This document shows positions 34,869 through 44,152 of a stretch of DNA of 44,152 bases, one piece after another. A model generated the notes under the pieces. It had not been told where the DNA came from, made no database searches, and worked only from the letters and a program-made list of their open reading frames with translations. Origin of the DNA: Psammoneis japonica (taxonomy: Eukaryota). Numbering within the stretch: the first letter of the stretch is position 1; every line of letters begins with the position of its first letter. Location: positions 62,001 through 106,152 of the forward strand of contig QPGO01000224.1 in assembly GCA_008632985.1 (NCBI GenBank), written 5' to 3'. A program made the position numbers and the translations under genes.

Positions 34869-35458
34869 GGTGTCGGGTTCGATTTGTGAGTTGTAGAATA
34901 AACCCTTTCAGTCGGCAAAACCACAGCATGCTGTAGCGCTTGGTACAAAATTACGTACGTACTTCACCGTGTTAAAAAATGGCAACCACGGCGAAAGCAC
35001 GAAGGAAAGAGACAATCTATTATCTGCCCTGTTTAACACTGGGACGTATCTTGACTATACAAACTGATTGAATAGACATACTTGACAATACGCAATGATC
35101 TTCTACCGAAGGAATCTACTTTATTAGTCATTTAGAGTCTCATAAAGTATCACTAGTTAATTGCTAGCGATTTGCGCGGCAATTTGGCGAGCGACTCACC
35201 GTGCTTTACCGTGGTGAAACAAGGATTGTCCAAAATTTTCGATTTAACATCTCTACTAGCGAAAGTTTCGAGTTACATAACCTTTTCATGTGTCGAGCAA
35301 CAGTTGTATAACGTTAAACCGCTTGCATTGCTCATGTTGTGGACGTTCTCCACCCCTCAAACTTTTCACCGTGCTTTCATCACGTAATTTTGATTTACAA
35401 CACGGTAAAGTGTTGACGTAGAATTCTACGTAGTTTATGTACGGCATGCTGTGGTTTG

Positions 35459-35916
35459 GTTTCTTTTGTAAATTTTCGACAAACGATAAACGATAAACAT
35501 TTTGAGTCTTGTTAGTCATTTGGGTTATGAAGTGTTTATTTGTTTATCTTTTTATCGATGCCACTGTGGCACCAAAATCGAATCGCTGCCACAACTCGAG
35601 AGATAAACAAAAAATGGATAAACAAACCGCCCGCCAGCCGAAATGACATTTATGATGCATATAATCATATATACCAATATAAATGTACGTTATGTCTTGA
35701 GCCTATGACACGAATAAATATAAAAAGATTCAAAAATTTATCTTATCATTCATACACAATAATGTATTCAGCAATTCAAACTGCTGCCGGCCGATGTTTA
35801 TCTTTCATTTACATTAGAAGGGGTCGGAAAGCGACACATTGATAAACACATTTTGACTAATTAGACTCAAAATGTTTATCGTTTATTTGTTTTTCGAATA
35901 TTTTTACAAAAGAAAC
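35459..35916. mobile_element. AT-rich MITE-like element with ~60-80-bp inverted ends
   Basis: A perfect 24-bp inverted core ataaacgataaacattttgagtct at 35486-35509 pairs with 35863-35886. Outer ends gtttcttttgtaaa / tttacaaaagaaac. Confidence 0.65.
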
Positions 35917-36847
35917 AACCGCCTTATACGATTTCGAGAACGACAAACGAGATAGTAGGGCTAGACTTACTCTACTGTAGCGACCGTGTGTCACCACATT
36001 GCCGGCGCGCTACCGTTGAGATAACGGTCGATATGAAATTGTTAGTGATGAATATGTTTTCATAGATGAATTTATGTACAGTCCTGAGAATCGTGATGGC
36101 GAGCTGCCGTTCTCGGCTCGGGTTTATCCTTTATCTGTGAGTCCAGTTGAACGGGATTTCGCTGGACACAAGGTTATCTGAAAAATCGGACATTTTCCTG
36201 ACAGAATTCAGTCTGACTTCACCACTGAAGTGCCACAATGAAAAAAATTGCAGAATTGCGGTTTTAACTTTTTCCGCACCCGCGGGACATGATTTTTTGT
36301 CCCGGTATTTTCTTAATTCAATTCAAGTGTGATTGTTGTTTCATTGTTGTTTATGTGTTTAATCACATGTTTCCTGATGTCATGTCATTTGAATGGAAAA
36401 TGTTGCCTTTGCTCTTTGTCAGTGACTTCAGAAGAATGACTCGGCTCAACACATTTCGACCCACAGACATTTGGTTTTTAGACACTCATGAAGCAGGGTG
36501 CACAGCCGTGCTGACAAAACCCATGCATGATGCAAAACTTTGAATGGGACCGAAGATTTCGGAAATTGTCGCCAAAAGTCACTCTTCCATGGTGTCCACA
36601 TGCGTCCCCAGCATGTGTGCATCTGCCCATCACTTTTTTGCACCCCATTGCCCCAGTCCATTCAGGTGTGTCATCCGGTTTTGTGTGTGGCACGGATCTC
36701 TTCGCAGTTGTCCAAACCGCAGGTCCAAAGTCTGTCCTGGGGCTTGCAGTGCCGTTGGACAGAACTGTCACGGTCAAAACAGCACACATTCACTTGCATT
36801 TGTTTGAACAGAAAAGTTTTGTCATTTGTGTTGGCACTCCTCACAAT

Positions 36848-37245
36848 TGACTTGTTCCAGCTCTGGGTGGGACCTCGCACTAGTGAACTGTGACATGATT
36901 GTTTTTTGTCATCCGTCGCATGTTTCGCACGTGCATTTCTACGTGTTCTGTTGTAAAAAATTGTTCCACACTGCCTGTTTTGCGAAGCCAAAGGCTTTCT
37001 GTCATCTGCGCTCATGTCAACAAAAATGCGCTGGGTGTGTTCTTTGATGTCTAAAGAACACACCCGGGCATGCTGCAATGAATGTGCTTCAAGTGTGAAG
37101 GAGGAGATGCGTTCGCAAAATTGCCTCTTTTTCTGTTGGCGATCATTCATGTGTCCATTGCTCAACAATTTTACTGCGGAGCTCGCACATGGAATTCTGC
37201 AGGCCCAATGTCACAAAAAGTCCCACCTGGGACTGGAACCCGTCA
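36848..37245 (-). mobile_element. Eroded, inverted second copy of the 27913-28307 MITE
   Basis: Both ends align over about 80-100 bp to the 27913-28307 element. TIRs tgacttgttccagctctgggtgggac / gtcccacctgggactggaacccgtca. Confidence 0.8.
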
Positions 37246-38207
37246 ATTGAAAAATTTTGTTTAAATGCAGCAATCACGCGAAACCACGTGGGTGCGGAAA
37301 AAGCCAAAACACTGTCAAACAGCTCAGCAACACTGATGGAATTAGCCGATGCATTTCCAGGAATCCGATCACAACAAATTGACGGACTTGTGACAAGGAG
37401 AACTCGTGTGAAAAATGCTGAAAAATTGGGGCTGAATTCAGTCCTTGCCATTTGACTTTGTTTGGCTGTCATTGCAGCAGCCCACATGGAAATCTTGACA
37501 TCTGCGCACACCTTGAGAGCAAGCACAACAGATGTGCACTTTCCTTGTGCCATTGAATTGAGACATGTCACGGTGCGGTGGGCACGAATCGACAGCATCG
37601 TCGTGCCCGTTCAAGTGCTGAGGCTCGCACAGCTCAGCAGCCGGAAAGTGGGCACAGCGTCATGTCCGTTCATGAGATTTGTGCACATTTAAAAAGTCTG
37701 GACATCTTTTTGGACTCCCTCCTCCCACCAAGGATGTCCCACACACAACCACTTTTTCCCCGTCACCGAGGGGGGCGCCGCGCCTGCCTCTCCTGTTTCT
37801 TTCTCCACAAGCGCTGGTTGCTCCCTCCCACTTTGGCACTCAAAACTCACTTTTGCCATCTTTGCTGCTTGACCCTTCAACCACCGGACTTGAGCAAATC
37901 TCCACGGGTGGAGACTTGCTCCCTTGCATCGCAAATGCAGCAAACGAAGTGACTTCAGACATGTGCGACATTTCATTCGCACGATTTTGTTTTGGAGCGC
38001 GCATTCGCCAAAAATCTGGGGGAGCCCTTTTGCAATTTAGAAAGTTCAATGCTGACTTTTAACACTGGGTTTTTTGCAAGCTTCATCTGTGGACAGAGAG
38101 GGGCCAAATCTCAACCTTCAACAATGGAGGTTGTCATGAATTGCTGTCGCAAATGGAGCAATGGCACCACACCCTTGGAGCAAATGCACGTGGCACACTT
38201 TACACAG

Positions 38208-38844
38208 ATTCTGCATGACATGACATTTTTGTGCTGTGTCAGTTGCTCCATTGTGAAAGTGCATGACACGTTACAAATCCTCAAGTGGAGCAAATCTCCA
38301 CGCATGGAGATTTGCTCCCCTGGTGGTTGAAGGGTTGAAAAAAAAGAGGGAAACAGTCTGTGGGATTTTTTGTTCACAGCAATGAGAGACAAGAGAGATC
38401 TTTGCTTTGTGAGAGCCAGAGAACGCGGCAACAAGCTGGCTCTCAACCGACGCAAAAAATGGGAGTTTTCAACCAACAACCCAGTGACTCAACTGCCATT
38501 TTTTAGCTCAGCCAATGCTGAACTGCCAATGTTGAGCACATTCTGCATGACATGACATTTTTGTGCTGTGTCAATTGCTCCATTGTGAAAGTGCACGACA
38601 CGTCACAAATCCTCAAGTGGAGCAAATCTCCGCCCATGGAGATTTGCTCCCCTGGCGGTTGAAGGGTTAAAAAAAGAGGGAAACAGTCTGTGGGATTTTT
38701 TGTTCACAGCAATGAGAGACAAGAGAGATCATTGCTTTGTGAGAGCCAGAGAACGCGGCAACAAGCTGGCTCTCAACCGACGCAAAAAATGGGAGTTTTC
38801 AACCAACAACTCAATGGCTCTCAACTGCCATTTTTTAGCTCAGC
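38208..38844 (+). repeat. Tandem duplication of ~305 bp (period ~332), each copy carrying a strong hairpin
   Basis: 38208-38512 and 38540-38844 are near identical. Hairpin ggagcaaatctcca-cgca-tggagatttgctcc at 38287-38318, with a variant at 38619-38650. Confidence 0.92.
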
Positions 38845-41063
38845 TCATCCTCTGGGCAGCAGCTTGCTTCTTTGGTTTCACAGAAGTGCACAGAGGTTTC
38901 AATGCTTGTGAGAGCAGGCCAACGCCACCATCTCCTGTTGGTCTCCACAGGTCAGGAGATCTGTCAGCAGTCTGGGTCACAGCAACATGGAAATCTCACC
39001 TGCAATGCCAGCTTTGTTGCACTCTCGTTGCATGTGCATTGCAACAAACCAGAGCAGAGTTGGACCTGTGTCTCTTCCTGAAATTCTGTTGATGGTGCAA
39101 AGTGTTTCTTTCAAAATCACTGTTGGCACTTGCCAAATGTGCAATGTTTCTGGTGGAAGGCCATGCAGGGTCTTCTTTTGTTGTCTGGAAAGCAAGCAAA
39201 GAAAGTGAAGAGCATGCATGAAGTTCTCATGGAACTGTGCTCAACTCCGCTGGTGCCACCACTGGCTGGAGCAGAGATGCCAAGCCATGCTGCTGGAAAC
39301 TGTCCCCATTCTAAAAGCAGCGGAAAGTTGTGCTCATTCTAAAAGCATCGCAAATTGTTTGCAAGTGGCCCCAACACATCATCGCACAATGTTGTGCATC
39401 ATGCATCATCCAACTCTGCTCCTGCAAGAAACAGATGAACCCACTTTTCATGTTGTGCCAATGGGAGCATCTGCCCACTTGAGTTTGCTGCTGCTGCCAC
39501 CCAAGTCCAAATCACATGGGCAGAACCCATCCAAACAACCACCGGTTTGCTCATTGGTGGTTGGCAAGTTCTGAATTTCTGCAACACCACTGTCTCAGCT
39601 GGGAAGAACTTGTTGCAATGGCAATCATCTGGGAGACCGTGCTCAACACAAATGTCAAAGTGTGCTTCGGTGCCCATGAATTCAGTCATGCATGAACAAG
39701 GGATTTTGTGGATTCCAGATCCCTGTTTGGACAGGGACAGAGTGGCACCATTGTTGGTGTGTCCAAAGTGGCCACTCTGAATGCAGGCACATTCTGTTCC
39801 AAAACCTTCCCACAATGTGCAATCCCACAAGGCTCCATCTGGGCATTGCATGTGTGCACAGAAGCCTGGTCTGCACAGATGAAGATCACATCTCCTTCAC
39901 CATCACAATGCATGCACATGGCCACATCATTTGCAATGTCACCATTGGCAACAAGGAGGAGCCCACAGTCTTGGGAACATCCCTTGTTGGCACACTTGTT
40001 GGTCACAAGGCCAAGACCATCCATGGTTGGTGCCCATCTGCTGACACCAATGATGATCATGCCTGCCAAATCATCCACGCCACTCACATTGGGCTGTCCA
40101 TCCTCATCCAACAAGGTCAAGAGACCCGCTGCTTTGTCATTGTCAAGAATGGCATTGGAGAAGTCTGCCCCAGTTCTTTGCAGACACCTTTGGTGTGCAT
40201 GTGCATCATGCAGCCATCTGGCTCACTGCTCACCATGGCTGCTCCCAGGGATCCTCCCCCTTTGGAGCTCCAACAATTTGCCCACCGCTGATCCACCACC
40301 ACTGTCTCTAGATCAGCACAGCCCCCTGTGTCAAGAGCACAGTCATGCCATCTGTGAAATCTTTGCCAAAGCCAGCCAACTCACCATTGGTGGTCTGAAA
40401 CGTGCAGGGAGGACAATTGACATCTTGTTCAAGCTTGACAGTCATCAGTCATCCCTTTGACTCCCACGGCAGCCTGTGACAAAGCTGTGGAGAATTTGAG
40501 TTGCACCATTGTTTCTTGGATGAGAGTTGACAGTCTTTGTTTCAATGCACTGCTTTGGGAATTGTGACACAAAAGATCATGAGCAAAGGATCATCCAGTG
40601 GGAAAGGGGGTGATTTGTGAACCCTGTGCACATGTTGCCTGACACAACAAAGAACAAGAGGCTGCTCTGTCCAATGCACTCTCCATCATTGTAATGTGAC
40701 AGAGGAATCTCAGTGGAGGAAGGAAATTGTGGTGAGCTTTGGCTTTGCAAACCATGGTTGTCTTCCGATGTCGCAAAGAACAACAGACCAGTTTTTCTGT
40801 GAACATTGTGTCATCATGCTGTGTTGTGTGCCACTTGTAAAATTTGGAGAGCTGGCAATTTTAACCACAAAAATGGCACAAAAGCAAATGTGCATCAACA
40901 TCGCATGCACATTCCATGCATGTGCACTTGCACAAGCCAGACAAATGGCTGCACAGATTTCTTTCCATTCAGAAGGTGCAGATTTCATGCAGCCCTGAAA
41001 ACATGGGCAGGGCCTGCAGATTTTAAAATGGGTGCAGATTTTCTGTGATGACACGGAAGCACA

Positions 41064-41447
41064 GGGAAAATCAAGCAGACCCACATGGACAATCAAACAC
41101 CCCAGTGGTGTCACCCCCATTGAACAAGGTGAAACCCCCATTTCCATGCGGACACACCTGCATAGAAACAGCAGGCATGACCCATGTGGAAAATGCAAAA
41201 CCCCGCCAAATTGTTCACGCTGACACACACTCCAGCCCCAGGTGGGGATTGTTGCAACATCGCACCGCAGAATCCCACGTGGCACATCAGAGGGGGGGGC
41301 AATTTGGTGTGTGGTCCTGCATTTTCCATGCAGGTCTCACCTGCTGTTTCCATGCATCTGTCCACATGGAAATGTGGGTTTTGCCTCATTTGACATGCCG
41401 CTGGTGGGGTGTTTGATCATCCATTTGGGTCTGCTCAAAATTTTCTC
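41064..41447. repeat. ~380-bp imperfect foldback (arms ~150 bp)
   Basis: agcagacccacatggacaatcaaacacccca pairs with tggggtgtttgatcatccatttgggtctgct; gaaacagcagg..tggaaaatgca..ccaaattg pairs with caatttgg..tgcattttcca..cctgctgtttc. Confidence 0.8.
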
Positions 41448-44045
41448 ATTGCTCCCGCCACTGTTTTTGGTGGCAGGGCCACATTCCTCCGGCCCCTCGG
41501 TGGCTTTGGTGGCAACCAGCATTTCCCAAATCTGGTTCATCATTGTGCAAGATGTCTTCTGTCATTGATGCCCAAAAGATGAAATCATTTTGCCTGCCCA
41601 CCAACCCTCAGGAAGGTGCCGATGGGAAAACCAAACAAGAAGATGAAAGGACAAGGCCAAATGAGACAACAAGAACACCAACAGGAAGGCTGCTCCTTCC
41701 ACATTCCACACTCCTTTCTGGGTTGCTCTGGCCGTGTTGTGCACATTGGCTGGCTTGATCTCCCGAGACCAGAAAGAGAACATTTTTGAGCTTTGTGTCT
41801 GGGGTGGGGCATTTTGCCGGATGGAGCAGGGCAGAAGCATCACACCCAACACCTCGGCCTCTGCATGACACATCAAACACAAGTGCAAAGGCACATCTCA
41901 GAAACAAGCCAACAGAGAAGAGTGAGGTTGACAAAGAACAAAAAAACCAAACCTGACTGCAAATGCTGTTGCACCTTTGCCCAGGAAAACCGGCTCCAGC
42001 TGACACCCACACTTCCAGTGCACCCCACAAGGGATGTGAAAGAAGCTCATGCAATTGGCCAGACATGGCAAGGTCAACAAAGAACAGAACAAAACAACCA
42101 ACTCTCACACCACGCTTGCCCTCATCACAAAAGATGCCTTGTGCTCCCTTGCCATTGGTGCAACTGCCACAGATTTTCCAAATCTGACAGTGAGATTGAA
42201 GCTTCCCAACAATGATGAATTCCACAACAAGAAGCTCTGTGCCATCCAAGTCCTCTCCAAATTCTGCTCAAATCTGCTCCTGATGTTGGGTGGCTAAAAT
42301 GGTGTCTGTGACTGCATTGCATTCACAATGGGTTCTTTCTCCTTCTGTGCCTTCATCACAATTGGCATTTGGCTCCATCTTGCACCTTGATTCTTCCTCT
42401 TGTTCATGAAAAAGACAAAGCAAGACATTGTTCCATGCCTTTTTGGCAATCTCTTGTGCTGTCCTCTCCTCTGTCACTCCCTCAGGCAATGCAACAAAGT
42501 CAGCAAACAACCATGATCCTCGTGTGCAACTGCAATGCTCTTGAGGAAAGAGAGTCCCAGAACAAGTGCAATGTGTGGAACCTGCATGATGTCTCCTGCT
42601 TTGTTTCCTCTTGCATTGTTCTTGGCTCTGGCTTTGTTGTGAGCTGTTGGTTTGTTTGTTGTTCATTTTTGGTGGCACCCACTCTGCAGGCAGATGCTGC
42701 GGGGCCCTCTGGCAGCAGAGAATGGAGAGTCAGCCTGCAGAGTGATGCACACACATCCCACTGATCCAGAGGAACTGACGCTGCTGTGCAGCTGAGATTT
42801 TCACACTGCGCAAATGTGCAAACTGTGTGTTTGTTCTGTCACAGATGCTTTGCTAAAACCTTGGTTCTGTTTCCAAAAATTCAATGAATCCATTGCTGCA
42901 AATGTTGGTCAATCAAAATTGGGCGCATTCACAATGGGGCATGTGCAAGTCAGCGGAGCTTTCCTGCAGAATTGCCATGGATGGTCGGCCCAGGTCAGTT
43001 TTGTGTTTTGTGAACTGGGTTTGCAAAAAAAAAACAGGAGTTGCTTTTGCTTTGTCATGGTCAACAAAGCTCTTTTGTGTTGGACAGAGAAATTAAAACC
43101 AGAGATGGTTTTGCTTGCTTTTGCTTTTCCGCAATGAAAAAATCTGTCTCGCTGCACAAATTGCAGAGAGGTGCACAAAAAAAGTCAAGTGCCAGCATTT
43201 TTCCCTGCACACTCTTGACGGCAATGTCCGCATGACTGGAAAGATGTCATTCTGTTGCAGTGTGAGCAACCTCACAAGCTGTCAAATGACATGTTGCGCC
43301 ATCTGGCAATGCCGGTCATGCACGTGCCTTCCAAGTGTCGCACATCACACTGAATCATGCCCCGGCACTTTGAAAATCTCAACCAGCAGCAACCAGGCAG
43401 CCAGCAATGATGAGAAATTGCACTCTAGCATCAGGAATCACACCTGGCAGCTGCGCATGATTCCATGACAATTTTGCACTTAGACACCCGGTGCCTGGTG
43501 CCATGTGAGATTCCCCACATCTGGAAACTCACATCACAACCCAGTGCATGATTTCGTGATTTTTCTGTGGCTCTGAACTGGGTGCTGGATCATGATTTCC
43601 AAGTCATGATTCCTGCCCAGCAGTGGAAAACGCACTCTGATTCCTGTGCAGGCTCTACACAGTGGAGGACAGTTGTGACTTTTTTGTCGCACACTTTTGG
43701 GGGGTTCCCCTGCAAAACAAATGACTGACCTGTGCCAGGGAGATTTCAAGCAGGGCCAAAATGCTGACTGGGGCTGTGCATGCCATGAGTGCTGCTGCCT
43801 TGCATGCAGCAAAGAAGTTTGGTGACCACATGCTCATGATCATGCAGAAACAAAGAGAGTGCATTGTCACAACATGTGCCATGGAAACACCCTCTTCCCA
43901 GGCAGAGTGCAACAAGCAGCATCTTCTTGCAGACTTGCAAAAGTTGGAGTTGATGGTGTTGTGGACGGCCAACACTAGTGCATAGAGCCAACTCTATGGA
44001 AAAAGGCTTTTGTACTACCATACAGTTTTATCCATGTTCTTGTCT

Positions 44046-44150
44046 CTAGAATCCAAGTCCGGCCAACCATTGTTTGACTTGTCGCACGCGGTTGCCATTC
44101 ACCTCGATGGTCCCTCCGGTTCGTACCCGTATCGGATCATCTCTGGGGTT
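44046..44150 (-). CDS. 3' end of a gene running off the window; resembles the C-terminus of mitoribosomal mL49/Img2 (SUI1-like fold)
   Basis: Manual translation NPRDDPIRVRTGGTIEVNGNRVRQVKQWLAGLGF-stop (TAG at 44046-44048). The G.I.V.G....VK.WL..LGF ending is typical of mL49 and SUI1-type domains. Composition returns to normal here. Confidence 0.5.
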   Translation of the reverse strand, partial: NPRDDPIRVRTGGTIEVNGNRVRQVKQWLAGLGF

Positions 44151-44152
44151 AC

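Noticed and set aside
1..43985. Numerous 60-270 aa ORFs in the decayed blocks (e.g. 7952-8758, 26861-27613, 39708-40460, 41608-42249)
   Set aside because: They overlap in all six frames, are rich in C/H/Q/W, almost lack Tyr, and mostly end in TGA. They are artefacts of TpA loss removing TAA/TAG stops.

Overview
Eukaryotic genomic DNA, almost certainly from a diatom (it has a silicic acid transporter gene and GT-AG introns). The window alternates between gene islands of normal composition and long decayed repeat blocks (about 1-1650, 7050-8815, 13050-16650, 24900-33200, 36200-43950) that are strongly depleted of both CpG and TpA. Genes: a PNPOx-like FMN-binding protein, a large HYR-repeat protein, a CMPK2-like kinase apparently fused to a PNPOx-like domain and a second P-loop kinase domain, a convergently oriented viperin (RSAD2), a SAM+ubiquitin-like protein, a SIT, an MFS transporter, an eroding tectonin-repeat gene, an RNI/LRR-like protein, and the 3' end of an mL49/SUI1-like gene. 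There is also a decayed IS630/Tc1-type transposase and several MITE-like or foldback elements. Many genes carry 1-2 nt frameshifts, mostly at homopolymers, which are probably long-read assembly errors. Two main leads: (1) a viperin plus CMPK2-like tri-domain kinase pair, a candidate antiviral ddhNTP module; (2) a repeat-associated mutational signature in which both CpG and TpA are converted to TpG/CpA, which 5mC deamination alone does not explain. All family calls come from motif recognition; no database searches were run.
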